A DNA stretch of 63,438 nt, filler included, from Parasitella parasitica NRRL 2501 (taxonomy: Eukaryota; Fungi; Mucoromycota), in assembly GCA_025201805.1 (NCBI GenBank). It is 12 parts of 12 records of this genome, joined end to end, with 100 filler letters (N's around TTAATTAATTAA, not from the genome) between each part and the next. Parts side by side here need not be neighbours in the genome. Positions count along the whole stretch, not along the records: positions 14,181 to 31,581 come from MU619467.1; positions 31,682 to 33,591 come from MU619590.1; positions 33,692 to 35,438 come from MU619609.1; positions 35,539 to 37,621 come from MU619581.1; 8 more parts are not named here. One strand, written 5' to 3'. Below are positions 23,337 to 37,190 of this stretch, one piece after another. The position numbers were made by a program, and so were the translations under genes. The notes under the pieces were generated by a model that did no database searches, was not told the origin of the DNA, and worked only from the letters and a program-made list of their open reading frames with translations. Within the stretch, counting starts at the first letter, position 1. Each line of letters starts with the position of its first letter.

Positions 23337-25484
23337 TCATCTATTTACCTTGCCCGTGCTGTAAATCCTTCTAATAATGATGTATGAACTTGCAAATCCA
23401 AGCGTACCTGTACATAAGCCTATCAAACCGCATCCAATCAACAAATTGGCAACATAGATCACTCCCCCAACAAAGCCTTGATTGCTGGTTTTCTGTAAAT
23501 AGTAGAAAATACCATAAACAAACATGTAAAAAGCAGGCGATCCGCCGATCAATATAGACTGCCACCACCAGTGGTAATCTTCATTGCAAAGCTGCAAAAA
23601 TATCAAGACAACTGTCATTGCACTAGTGACAATCAATAGCAAAGTAGACGTCCAGATGGTGTAGTTGATAGAGAGCACGAGCTCCCCCTTGGCAACTGAA
23701 TTCAAGAGTTCATGCCAATTCAAAAATACAACTGCAAATGGCACAATGCCGCCTAACAGCACACAAACAACATTTAATTGGTACCAGTGTTTCTTGGGGA
23801 TGATGCGAGGTATTTGGGTTGTTCGAGATGGATGCTCGATCCGCTCTGCTTTCTCGCCGAAATAGGCACCCGCCAATGTCAAAGGTGTCAAAATTAACAG
23901 CCAGATTGATACCAAACTAGTCCACCCAGAGAATGAAATAGCAAGTGAAGATCGCAGAGACCAGTTTATCGTGCTTGCGCTAAACAGAATGATGACAAAG
24001 ATACTTGGCACAACAAACGAAGTCTAGCAAAGATGTGTGAGTGCATTTGCAACGATTCATGCATAGCAAACCTACGAGAAGACTATTCAACATCCATGAT
24101 TTACCGCGAAACACTTTGTATACTCTTGCACTCCAATATCCAGCTGGCACGCTTCCCAATATAAACAAGAACGTAAACCAACGAGTTAATGATCTCGGCT
24201 GAGCGGGATGAAACCAACCCAACTGCAAACAGACTGATCACATAAGAATCAGCCACATACATAAACTATTCCCAATATGAAAACTTACTGATTAATCCAA
24301 CTGCAACTACCAGTAACTGAATTCCAGATCCCATCACTGGGGTCAATAGTCCTCCATAAATGGGCCTTCGAAACACATCTCGATTGACTAATTTCCAGCC
24401 AACAAAATCGTCCGCATCGTCGTAGATTTTAAAATCTTTGTCTTCACCACTGTTACTGTTATCCTTGTGAATCGTCTTTTGTAAAATTATGGCAATGATA
24501 GAAGAAACAATCAAGGTAACGACAACGCCGTTTACAAGGGCAGAAAAGTGTCTATCAGGATTTGGTTTTGTCAAAAATGCCTCCCAGCGAGTACTGCTTT
24601 CCTTGGCTTGTTTCCATTGCACTGAATACGTGAAGGACACTTGGGCTCTTCTTCCAGTCACCTGCTGATATTCGTATTCTATATTCTTTTTGCTGCATTC
24701 ACCTTCAGCAATCCTGTTGTTGTTGTTAACAGTTGCGAATTGCAAGAAGGCTGCTTCAAACTTACGAATCAGGATACACTTCAAATCCTACGATAGCGTA
24801 TTTCCCGGATTGGGTTTTGTCAGCCGTGTATAAAATTTGAAATATAGCATGGTTGTTGTAAAAAGTATTATCGCCCTAATTTTTGAAATTGGTCAGATTT
24901 TGGGCAGGTCGCTACCATAATACTTGGTTTGCCTTTTTAAATCCCAAGGGAAACCCAATTCGATAATTGTGCTCAGGGGCTTCATTTGTATATGAGACGG
25001 TTGCACCTGGCAATCCATCTAGTTCCCTGCAAAATCACACTAACCATTGAAGTAATTCACCAGTATTTGTATTGCTCCCACTTACCATTCTACAAGGTAG
25101 TCCTTTAAGATCAATTCTTCTACTTGGATGGCATCTTCTACACTCCAGGACTTTTTGCAGAGCAATTTACAGTCTTGATTTTCAAGGAAATTAACCTAAT
25201 TACAATGATCAACACATATTTTGGGATCCTGCACCGAGAAAGCTTACCTTCAAGTTACTTGGGACTAATCTGTCGCCTCGAAAGTCTTGATCAAATACCA
25301 GCAAACTCTTTTCTCTGCTGAAAGTTGTTGGGCAAACAAAATCCAGTGATTGGTAGCTGTACGACAGTTGATTCTGTAACGAAAAGACTTTATTGTAATA
25401 AATCGGTACAGGCTCACCTTGTTTGTATGTCAAACCTAAATGACAATAAACAAGAAGCAGTATCGCAACCAATTTGCTTGCCAT
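23337..25484 (-). CDS. Nonaspanin TM9SF/EMP70 family protein, multi-exon
   Basis: Signal peptide, YKQGEPVPIYYNKV, FTYSVQW, GWKLVNRDVFRRP, AGYWSARVYK, RTTQIPRIIP, LGGIVPF, EDYHWWWQS, IRRIY. Confidence 0.92.
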
Positions 25485-25733
25485 GATGGGTTTGTACAAA
25501 TAAAAAGAAAGAAGCTAATAAAATCGCTTGTTGAATAGAAGCTAATTTTTTATGGTTTGACAAGATACTACTATTAGTATTAATCTTGATATTAGCAAAA
25601 AAAAAAAGTGAGAGGCTGAGAAATTCCATAAACATGAGCTTGGCCTAAAACGATATAAAAGCCAAGCCCATCGTCAAAATCTTAGTTTCGCTTTTCTTCT
25701 TTCATACATTTACCTCTTTAAAGAAACATCGCA

Positions 25734-26712
25734 ATGGCAGGGTATAAATTAGATGTTCCTGTTGATATAACAGAACAGACGTCAGACAAACTCGAACTTG
25801 CAAAGAAGATTATCTATCTGGTTATTGGTGCTTGTGGCATCTTGACTATCTGTGTAGTGGCTCCTCTCATTGCCACAGAAGCACGTTATCTCGGTGCTGG
25901 CGCTCCTGGTCCGAATTATACACTATTTGTGGCATTGGTGAGCCTTCCAGTGCCGTTTTTATTGGTCTATCTACCCTGGATGTATGAAAAGTACAACAAG
26001 TTCAAGCGTCTCGGCAAGTTTTGTTTGAAGAATAGAACAAACATAATCTTTTGTAGCTTCAATACGTTTTTATGGGGGACAGCTGGCATTGCTATTACTG
26101 TGCATTCGAATAACCCAGGCAATTGTGCGTTAAATCCTGATTTCACTGAAACTTACGGTGATGATTATACAAGTGCATGGGCCACACAGGTATGTCGCCA
26201 TACTTCAATACAGATCTACCGCAGCTTGTAAACGTCCCAAACTGCTTTTTTTTTAGTGCAACTTGGCTAAGGTTACTGCTGCGTTTGCCTGGATCACTTG
26301 TATTTTATGGTTAGTAACTCTAGCAATTACAGGAATCAGTCTCTGGAAGGAGAAGAGCTTAATCCAACAAAGATTAAATGAGCATCGTTTAAATAAGCAA
26401 AGTAAATTGGAAGAGCAACAGAAACAACAACAAGATGAGGAACATGGCTATGGTGGTGGTTATGCGGCTGCCACTGCTAGAGTGTATGAGGATGAGGAGC
26501 TATTCACTGATAGTCATAAACAACAACAATCACCTCATCACGTTGATCCCATGAGTGAACAGTATCATAATAGAACCTCCTATACACCAGGATATGATCA
26601 ACCTATGGGACAATACGTTGCTGACTCTTACCAACCCCAAGCATTCTCTCCAATGCCAACCCCACAACATATGTCTCACCCTGAGCCCTCCTACAATCAA
26701 AATCACTTTTAA
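25734..26712 (+). CDS. Four-TM MARVEL-like membrane protein with low-complexity tail, 2 exons
   Basis: Exons 25734-26189 and 26257-26712; four hydrophobic helices; C...C..AK..AAFAW pattern. Confidence 0.75.
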
Positions 26713-26776
26713 CCACCCTGTATATTCTTTATATTTCCCTGTTTTTCTATATAAATAAATATATCCATGTATTATC

Positions 26777-26930
26777 TTAAGGTGCTAATTTTACAAAATT
26801 TCCAAAAAAAAATTGGTGAGAGGATGATACTTTCTTTTTTTTTTTGGACAATTTTACTCACCTGTAATGGTGTATAGAATAAACCGAATACCCATGGCGT
26901 ATCAAAGAGTAATATCAATGACACACAATG
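26777..26930 (-). ncRNA. Candidate Fanzor omegaRNA / element right end
   Basis: Directly 3' of the Fanzor ORF; stems ATGG-GTAT/ATAC-A-CCAT (26867-26895) and GGTGAG/CTCACC (26815-26862). Inferred from position only. Confidence 0.35.
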
Positions 26931-28155
26931 CTTGCAATTATTCTTTTGATTCAGAACGCTGGAATGGTGAAAGACGTTTCTTGCTGCCAAATAATATTAC
27001 AAGCGGTTTCTTGACACTGTAATACAGAATGTACTCTTCGCTTTGCTGATCGTTGCACAACGTTTTCAACATTTCTTTTTTTGCAGTTGTTGCAGACTTG
27101 ACTGATGAGGTATTCGTCTACCATTTGGACTGTAACACCACGATTTTCTTTACATTTTTGAAGAGCTTTTATGATAGTCTTTGTAGGTCCAGATCTTTTG
27201 CCTCTCATGGTAGGTGAAAATCTTCCATCATAGGCAATGATGGTTTTATTTGCCTTAACTGATCCATCAAGTGGTGGAGGACGGGAGCAAGAATTGTTGT
27301 TTCTCGTTGTTGTCACCCGTACGATATTTGATGCTATCATTGGTAAACATCTTGACTATTTCGCTGAAGGCTTTTTGCTTCTTTCTATAACATCTAAACT
27401 TTAAAATTTGCTCGTCAATCTCGCACGCATTTTTGAACTCTTCAAAATATTGACGGATGAACTCAGGAGCCCTACTCCCATTACCTGCTAAGGTAGAAAA
27501 TATAACATAAACAAAATTTTGACTAATGATTGGTGTATCTTCATTGGCATCTGCACATTTCAGAATGATAAAGTTTGCAAATAATGAGCCTATATAGGTA
27601 ATTTTGGTAGCGTACTCCACCAAGTTGTCAATTGATTTCATGAATGTTGTATTTGTGCATGTGGTTTTAAGTGAAGGCTTGATGGTGAAAGCTTCTGTCT
27701 TTTCGTCATCATTGTGTTGAACCACCTTCTTTTCTTTTCGATGTGGGCAGAGTTTTCTGGTAGACCTTGTATGATCTGTCTGTTTACATGAAGGACACAG
27801 CATTGATTTGTTGGATTTGTTTTGTTTCTTGGACTCCTCTAAAGCAACTTTTTTGTCTTCTTTCTGTTGGACTTTCTTAGATAAAGTAAGAGTTTTGCTG
27901 GAAGAAGAACCTATATCATTAAATGGGCTAGCAGTCTTTTCTGTTGAGCTAGAAGCCTTTGCCGTTGAACTCGAAGCATCGTTGGTGGTGGGAACCTGGT
28001 GTTGTCAAATCAGCCTCCTCTTTTTGGTGATTCAAATCTGCACCTAAAATATAGTAAGACACATATTCTTTTCACAATGTATGTGTTAGATATTTACTTC
28101 TTATAGCTCTCTTTCCTTTCCTATCTGGTGGATCGTGTTTATTTTTACGCTTCAT
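26930..28155 (-). pseudogene. Fanzor1 (eukaryotic TnpB-like RNA-guided nuclease) remnant with large internal deletion
   Basis: N-terminal CPSCKQTDHTRSTRKLCP knuckle and FTIKPSL...GSLFANF; LKFRCYRKKQKA; IIAYDGRF...RGKRSG; VDEYLISQVCNNC; VHSVLQC...C..IW; AARNV. No RuvC-I D and no NRD motif visible. Confidence 0.8.
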
Positions 28156-28846
28156 ATATGTGTGAGGAGTAAATTCAAGAAAGAAAAAGAAGGGATGAAC
28201 TTAGAACATTCAGTGATGTATTATGTTGAATATGAAAAATTGGGCTCAATACAAAATCTCAAAGTGCATTACGATCAACACAGTGGATACTCGAAAAAAA
28301 AAAGAATATAGTGTATAAAGTTTAACTAAATATACAAACTTTATTAACATTTTCTAAAATGGCCAGTATTTCTGTCCTGAATGCTCATATTAATGTTAGA
28401 AGTGTGAGGTTTATAGTATGAGATATATAAATGTGGGTTGAATAAAAGTAGTGAGCACCAGCTCCTGTTTTGAAAGTAGAACGACTTTGCATATAGAAGA
28501 AAAGGTAAGAGTAAAATAGTAAAAGAGAATACAATGAATTCTAGAGCCAAGGGAGTAATTCAAAGAGCTTCAGAGACAAAAAAGCAAAGCAACCGTAAGC
28601 AAGCAGAGACAAGTACTAAAAAGCAGACAAAACATTTCCGGGTTGTAAAAAAAAAGGATGCTTTACATGGCTTTTTGTTAAGCATCTCTGTTGGAGATGC
28701 TCTTAATCCTAGGGTCTGTTTGTTATTGCCCGTGTTTGTGAAAGTTCCTTAAAAAAATAGATGGATTAAACACTCTAATATTATGAAGGTGAGAAAAGCT
28801 TCTAATAATTGCTATTTCTTTCAGACTGACCAAAGTAGATAAATAT

Positions 28847-29359
28847 TGTTTAGGATACAGATCAAATCTTAGCGGTAATGTATTATACTCTGTATAATAC
28901 ATCATAAAGCGAGCATGAGTAGAAATGCGTAGTAGAATGGAATGAATTTATTTAGACATGGCAAAGAGACATAAGTGGTACCATTGAATGGCGGATCTTT
29001 ATCCCAGTACAAAGTGGTGATATCCTATGACATTTGGTTCCTGAGGTCGGTGTTAAATACTGATGAATGTTCTTCCATCAAAGCTACTAGGAACAACATC
29101 CTATCCTTTATACGTATCTATGCTCTTGTCTTACTGGTAACTCGGAAACTCTTATCCACCAAGCTCCTAGGGATTGGTTCAAGGTGTACCCAATTATCCC
29201 TCATCCTAGATCATGGTCCTATTGCTGCGGCACTGTCAAATAACTATAAATACCTTCAAAACATACACTAGTTTAAATCTTCATTCAATCTTGGAATAGC
29301 AAAATAAATATATTCAGTTCTAATTGTATTTTTCTGGCTATATTTTGTTATTCTAAACA
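28847..29359 (+). mobile_element. Solo LTR, family C (513 bp)
   Basis: TGTTTAG...CTAAACA ends; TSD AATAT at 28842-28846 and 29360-29364; inverted copy at 38178-38702. Confidence 0.92.
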
Positions 29360-31268
29360 AATATTAGCTACTGTTTAAAACAGTTAAAAATTACCAGTTG
29401 TCAGTGATCCAAGTGAATTTAAATGGAAATCTTCTGCTAATGACATTATGTTACCTTGCATTTAGGCCATCTCTTTATTTCCTTGCTTATCAACTGTAGA
29501 ACCAGGTATATATTGCTACAATTTAAAAAGAAAGAGTGTGTTTAAAGCACATTCTAATAGTAAATTACTGATTGCTCTGTTATGTTCAATAATGTATTAC
29601 AATCTGTACGTCTTGAATATAATTCAATACATTTAAAAAAAGTTCTACTATATGCCAGTAGTGTTAATTTCAAAAGGATGAAAAATTGAATATTATATAT
29701 TTGCTTGCTAGGCCATGATTATTATGTTTAGATAGATGTTGAATGTGTATCGCAAATTCAATTTTAATGATTGACAGAAATAATAAAAAAAAAAAAGCAT
29801 GGAAACACAGATTTATTATTAGTTCTCTTAGCATCAGGATGTATATCTAACAAATCATTTTTGCCACCAAGAGACAAGAACTGCTATATAAACTGAATCG
29901 CATATTTGCTTGGCAGATTGGTCATTTTGGACAACTTAATTTGTTTTCTGAATTATTTTGATTAGCTAAACAGCAATATAAAAAGAATATGATGCTACCG
30001 TTAATTGATCTAATCAATTATTCAGTTTATGGACAATTTAACAAGCTGGAAAATATTTGTCTTCTGTGACATCTGCAGGTGGTATAGGTGATATTGAATT
30101 AAGCAGCTTAGCGCAAACATTAATTACAAGCATTGAAGGGAACAGATGTCTTAACCAGAGACAAGCTCTGGTTATAATATTATGTTGTAATTATAGTGAA
30201 TATCTTCATTACACTTTACTTGGGCCAGTGAAGTGGCTACATATCCTTTTTATTTATTAGCTACAAATTTAGGCCTTATCTTAATAACTTATATATGCCG
30301 GTACTCAATGATAAATATAATAACAATGAGGAGCAAAATTTTTCTGTTAATGATTCAGCTATAAATCTTGTAAATAAAAGTAAAAAATCTCCATACGAAA
30401 TTATTAAACAGCGTTTATTTTTGACGTAGCACTGAATGTGCTGCAAGTTAATAACAGTTGATATTCACGTAGAATAGATATCCCCATTTATTTCAATCAA
30501 AATGCTTTGAAGGTGCCAATATAGACAAATGTATTACATTTTCAATGTCGATCGAATAAGCAAATCAGATTAGATGCTTTAAGAATAGGATGTTTTGATA
30601 ATACTAGTTCAATAATGAAAAATTTAGATCAGTTAAAAGACATAGTTTATTCGTAAACTGCTATTTATACTATTTTGATGTTGAGTTACTGTATCAAAAG
30701 CTAAAATAAATAATACGCTACAGCTCTTGCTATTCTTTCATATTCAACCTATTAATGTCGAACCATATTTTAACCTCAAATGAATTGAAACCTTATAGCA
30801 TCGTTACATTTGGTCCGGAATTCAAGTTGCTATCTTTTTTTTTCTACATTGTTCTATCTTAATTATAAAATAAATTTTAATTTAATAGCTCATAAATTTA
30901 TACATAATTAGGATGAAACGTCTGACGATAGTCAGATCCATATATTTTAAAGGATAATTCAAAAAAGAAAATAAAGGAGATCTAACATTTACCTTGAAAA
31001 TTTCACAAATGTTTCCGATTACTTATCTGTTTTTGATTAATACTTATCTATTTGAATAATAATAACCGTTAGATCTCTTGCTTTGCTTATACGTGTCAAA
31101 CCAAATTACTGTAAACTCTCTAATATATTTTTACCATCTCGTCATATATTTTATTTACTTCTTCAATCGAGACAACTATAGACTTGGTGCTCATAACTGT
31201 AGATCAATTTGCCTTGGCAAAATTGTCTACGAAATCTATCAATTATTCTTCAAATTAAAAGAAGCTTT

Positions 31269-31490
31269 TGTTATGTCAAAAGTCTGATAAAATAAATCTG
31301 CCAAAGAATTACTCCTTTATTCATAATACATCTCTCGATGTATTATATACACATTCATTACACTAGGGTTCTACTGTTTAGCTGCATAATGTAAATCATG
31401 ACTACCCATGATTTACTGTAAGACCCTGGGACTGATCTGAGATCCTGATGTGAGACTTTGCCATGTTATTGATATAACACCACCCCACAC
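31269..31490 (-). mobile_element. 3' LTR (31269-31479) plus PPT of the gypsy family seen at 11683
   Basis: Reverse complement of 11683-11893 with ~3 differences; GTGTGGGGTGG PPT immediately upstream on -. Confidence 0.9.
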
Positions 31491-32287
31491 CAACATAAGC
31501 ATTATGTGACAAAAGTAGAATTAGTTCCCGAAGTCGTAGACCGTTGTAGTAGTAGTTGTAGCTGTGTATAGTTGTAGTAGGNNNNNNNNNNNNNNNNNNN
31601 NNNNNNNNNNNNNNNNNNNNNNNNNTTAATTAATTAANNNNNNNNNNNNNNNNNNNNNNNNNNNNNNNNNNNNNNNNNNNNCTTTTTTTTTTTTTTTGGC
31701 TTGCGTACCTGGTACGCACTGTTGTCTTTGATTGCACTTTTTACATATTACTTGGTGTTTATTTAGTCACAATAAAATTAAAAGTAATGAAATCAGAGCA
31801 ACAATATCTCTGTTTACGTTGAAATAATTAATTTGCTACAGCTTTGTCCAGATTCTCAGTAGATCAAATTATCAGAAAACAACAAATCGGTCTCTTTTTT
31901 GAAATCGTCTATAAAGAGGAAGCCATCGAAAAACGTTACTAGCTGTTCAAACTACATGTTGCTTGTACACAACTTCAACTTGTGCATGCCAAAAGTATGG
32001 GGAAAAATAGGGAAGCCGGGGTATAAGAATCAATGTCAAACCAGCGAGACCTTTAGCAAGCGCTGACATGCAATCTTTGGGTTGAAACAACAGATACAAG
32101 ACTCTACTGGCTTTCATATGGCCTCAGCTGATTATATATTAGTGATAAATTAACTAGAGTCTGCATGGCCAAGGTTGAGTCAATGCTCGTGGTGTAAATT
32201 ATGTACCGGCATACTGAAAGTCTGAGATATATGCCAACTGAATATATTTTGGTTTAGTGTTTTTTTTTAAAGCTACCCACTTCTACA

Positions 32288-32343
<56 letters not shown>

Positions 32344-33784
32344 AAAAAGCCTTCCAAATTGTGGCTCTGTATGCTGTATGCTGTTTGATGTATGCTCTCT
32401 AATCACTAAATTTGCATTTCTCATTTGATGGATATGCTTTATTTAAACTTGATCAAACTATTGTTGGAAAAAAGACAAAAACTGTAAGAAAACAATCTTG
32501 GCGATCTCAAACATACAAAAAAAGCAATTCAAAGTACTGCATTAGACTATAAGGCACTTTTTAATTACATATTTGCATAGCTTAAACGAAGTTTCTGTAC
32601 TTTTGAAGTTGATATCAGATAAACGTAGCGGCTTTTCAGACTTTTTTCAGCAAAGTATTTTTCAAAATTGGAGCGTGAGATCGTCAGGCCAGGTACAGAC
32701 ATGCAAGTACTACCATTAGAAAGCCAAGAAGCACATCATATAATAAACAAGCTTGAAATTGTTTTTCTATTGAATTAGTTAAGCTATGACTTTTCAAAGC
32801 TAATGCTTTCTTCAAAAAAAAGCACCATTTTTCTTTGATGGCGGAGACTAAACGCATCCAAAATCAGGAAGAAAACATTCTTTCAAAAACTCCATTTGGA
32901 CAATTCGAAAACAAAATTACTCTTTTGAGTCAAAATATCATCCTCTGATACTATGCATACCACGGCTGTCAGTCTATGATAATAGCTGTATTTTTGGGCA
33001 CTCTACAAGATGGTATGATTTCATAATCCCCGTATGATTATGGAAGGAATTCTTTCGAGAAAACCTCAAAACAGATCAAGAGAGAAAAGTCAATATTTTG
33101 CTTAATCAGAGTGCATTTCCAGTCTTTCAGATCAAGGACGGGTCTTTTACGGTCATTTTCCTCCAATATATGCTATAGTAAAAAGTTGCATTTTTGGTGT
33201 CAAAATCGAGGATAATGCATAATCGATGATTTTAGATGCGTGGATACAAGGAAAAAATCGAAAAAATCCGTGATTTTGCATCGAAAAAAAAATCATGCTC
33301 AAATTGCACCAAAATCATATATAATATAGTTTCTTCCCAATGGATACTATTTCTGGTGTTTTCAGGGCACTTTTGATTATAAAAATTATTAAAAAAAATG
33401 GCATACGAAGCTAAAGTTCTTGCTTTTAAGCTGTTAAAATATCTGTCTGGAGATGATATCAAGTCAATATCAATTCTAGTACATGACTAAGTCCTATAAA
33501 GTAAGTATTTTTGATACCACAAGAATACATTTCTTCAAGATATACTATAATCAAACAGATGTGGCCGATTGAGTTGTAAGCAAAAGATAATNNNNNNNNN
33601 NNNNNNNNNNNNNNNNNNNNNNNNNNNNNNNNNNNTTAATTAATTAANNNNNNNNNNNNNNNNNNNNNNNNNNNNNNNNNNNNNNNNNNNNCAATTCGTT
33701 GAGTTATTGTGATATTGTAAAATTAAAAAAAAAAAAAGAAAAAAAAAAAAAAAACAGAAGCGTGCCAAACAATATCCCAATTTT

Positions 33785-35018
33785 ACCTGAAATTCGCCCT
33801 TGAAGACTTTTTGAAAGACGTAGAAATTGGCTATCTCACCTTCTTTTTCTGACAGCTCATTATTTAATGTAAAGAACTTGTACGCCTTTGACATGGCCTC
33901 TTGCTGATTAGCAGGGTCACGGCTAATACGATCTTTAGCGCCCTGAACGATGCTTTCCATCACAATATCTGATAATCTCGTATGAATATTTCAAGCCATG
34001 CATCTTTTTTTTTTCCTTTTTTTTTCCTTTTTTTTAAAAAAAAAATATCAAATCATGTACCTTTGGCTTTCCAGACTTGTCCTGGAGGTACCTCTTTACC
34101 CCACCACTGAGTTAACCCGAGATTTTGATCAATGCCCTCGGCAGGGTGTGTGTTCAAAGGACCTATTTTGGCGCTTGTGAGTCCCCACGAAAACAGGTGA
34201 AAGGTTCATATCCACATACCATCGACAATCTGGATCTCGAAATCGCCCAACTCTGGGGAGTCACCTTCCAACCTAATAGGTGATAAAAGACCCTGAAGTC
34301 AAAGATATGGTGTCATTGGGCAGCCTGTGTCGACGCTAACTTGCGGAAAGCTTACCTTTTTGGATAATTTGCTCATGATATCGAGACCGCCAGCACCTTC
34401 CATGCCCACATAAAACATGACGGATGTCGTAGGGTCAGCTATTTCCGTTGTAAACTGGTGAATTCAATGTATATGCATTTGATCTTTTTTTTTTTTTCAA
34501 TTTAATGTTACCAAGATTGCTGATGGGAATACCGCGAATGCGAACACCCCAATCGCCTCCATTTTTTCCTCCAGGCACCTTTATGAAATCAGTTGTTAAT
34601 TTGATATTACTGGGCTTATCGTTGATCTCTTGGGAAGCAAACTCTCGGCCATCGTGTTTATGGTATCCGTATCCAGCAATGCCGTCGCTTTGCTCGCACG
34701 CATGACGAACACCTGTATACCAAGGTTAGGTTGTATGATGGACTTTTTTTTTTCTGTTTGTTTCAAAAACTTACGCTGGAATCCTTGAAAGTCGTTTGCA
34801 TCGAACCACATCAGCCCTGTCATAACAGACTCGGGTATACGCGGCCTGGTGCCAAAGTAGAGATTAGGTCTATAAGTTCCCCAGAGCAATGATGAATTGG
34901 ACGCACCGGCAGTAACAGGCAAGACATCAGCTGCTACTACAGACGACACCAGCAACAACATTGTTGAAACGGTCGTCAACGAGCTTTTCCAAGAGTGCTT
35001 ACAATTGTCAGGCACCAT
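33785..35018 (-). CDS. CWH41: Mannosyl-oligosaccharide glucosidase I (GH63, CWH41/MOGS), 5' part, multi-exon, truncated at contig end
   Basis: Signal anchor then LLWGTYRPNLYFGTRPR...MTGLMWF; later exons with RHACEQ, YGY..HDG, GGDWGVRIRG. Confidence 0.88.
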
Positions 35019-35538
35019 GATTTACAATGAAAAAAAAAAAAAAAAAAAAAAGATTAACTTTTGGCCAACGATGTGCTTCAACATTGCACTTTATCTCTGG
35101 GAACGAAACACGCAACAGCAGCATTACATGAAAGAGTCACACAAGTAGGTAGATCTGGAATCCCTCGCATCAGTTTTATACTGTACCATGTGCAGCAGCA
35201 TATGGTTACAAACAGGGCAAAAATAGCATTTATGGGTAGAATACCAGCCAAGCTATTTGTGGTACATGTATTTTTAAGGCTTCAGACGAAACATTCTCGG
35301 TCTAGAAAAGATTCCTTTAGGTTATTTTTTTATTATTCTCTTGGCAGATCCCAACCGATACTCTGTCAAATAGACATTGAGTTCAAACGGATTTGTCAGA
35401 TACCGTTATGCACTACACAGGGGAGAGGTTTTTTTTTTNNNNNNNNNNNNNNNNNNNNNNNNNNNNNNNNNNNNNNNNNNNNTTAATTAATTAANNNNNN
35501 NNNNNNNNNNNNNNNNNNNNNNNNNNNNNNNNNNNNNN

Positions 35539-37190
35539 AAGAGTGCCGTACGGCAACCCATCTACGCCAAGAGAGCTTGTGCGTCAGGCACGCCCAGAGA
35601 GCTCAATAATCTCTTCAATCTCGATTGGAGCCAAAAGTGTAATTTGCTGCTCAGGTGACAAGCGCCGGTGGACATCGCGAGCTGTTTCAGAAGAGAGCAG
35701 AATAGTTGTAGCGTGTGGATCTGGAGCAAAAGGATTGTACAGTTGGCTATAAAACCGGTGGATTAGCTCGACCTGCTCATCATAAAACGTTGTGAGGGCG
35801 CCGGTTTCCTCGTTGTGCAAGGGAGGAATCTCGCGCTGTGAAGCACGGACATCAGCTAGACGGTTGAAAACTCCTGCAGACTTCTCATTGTTTTCTCTCC
35901 AAAATTTACATGCCTTGAGCACGTCAATCTCAGCTTGTTCTTCTTGAAGCTTCGCAAGTAGGGCCTCCAAAGAGGGCAGTAACAGCGATAGAATCCCAGT
36001 ATTCTTGTACTCTCTTACGAGTCGTTGGTGAAATCGAACTGATAGCGAATACTGAGCAGCTCGTGGTCAGTCCAATCATACAGCATATACGTCTGCTTGA
36101 CGTTCTTGACAAAGGGATAGGCGCTAGCAAAGCAGAATATGTAATCAATTGTACTAGGGAAAGTAGGCTATTGGGCGTCCTTGAAACAATCGACAAAGTG
36201 CGATCAAAAAAAGAGCAGCCAGCTAAGATACAGTCTCTGCATGGCATCATTTGTAATATCGTAATTGAAGTCGCCTAGTATAAATATAGAGATGTCTAAG
36301 GTTGTAACTTGTTCAGTCATGGTGGTATTAGCTTCTTGAAAGACGAAGAGATTGTTCCCGCTATTACGGAGAGAACGAGTGAAATGAGGAATGATATGGG
36401 GTTGATCTTGTTTGGCCAGACTGCGACAATTCAGCGTGGCAATATTGATAGTATGGTGTCTATCAACCATTAACAAAATATGGGTGGCGTCAATAGCTGC
36501 TGGTTTGTCTCCTCCTAAACTACTAGCATCCAGTTCCACTTCCTTTCTCATACGGTGGACAATCATAATGTCATCAACTTCCTGGGTATCCCCTTCAGCT
36601 CAGCACTATCAGCACGGCAATGTCCCTCCTCTTGAGAGTACTTACAATAGACGGGCATGGTGTTCCAATACAGCAGAACCTGCCAATTGTCCTTGCCAGA
36701 TAGTGTGTTGTCCCAATGAAGCTGATGTTGCAAGGGTTGGGCCTCCTCGACATTGCGACCCAAGACTACGTATCCTTTGCCCGTAAAGATGCCGTGATCA
36801 AAGTTGAGGCCCACATCCAGACCTGAAGTGATCAATTGTTTGTATGTCGACGTATCCTCATCACAGCAGGTTTCAATAAACGTCCTTGCAAAGTATGTCT
36901 TGGGCTGAGGTAGGACACCATAGAAGACATATGTGCTGTCTCGGTCGAACGAGGCAAGAAAAACGTCTTTGGTTTGGCAAAATTTGAGATGTTGGTGATC
37001 TCAATAAAAGTGCTTCGTGGAGCTGATCCTATCATATAAGGACAAAGTATTTGGGAGAAAATCTGGTCCGTGCGCGTAGCATATTTGGAAGCAATCTTCC
37101 TCCACGTCAGAATTATCATCGTTGACCGTAACAGGATCAATACGGCCCAAGTTTTCTTCAATGTCGAATCTGACTGTACATTATTCCCAT
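35539..37190 (-). mobile_element. Degenerate L1-like LINE (ORF1 remnant, AP endonuclease, start of ORF2 linker)
   Basis: CKY...GH knuckle remnant; NIATLNCRSL, FQE, ILGDFNYD; KFWRENNEKSAG, FYSQLY. Confidence 0.8.

Noticed and set aside
28975-29271. Duplicated small protein (also 38275-38574)
   Set aside because: Both ORFs start at GTG inside copies of the same TSD-flanked solo LTR; similarity is explained by the repeat.
31700-33590. Possible decayed transposon or gene
   Set aside because: No convincing protein motif, TIR pair or TSD found by eye.
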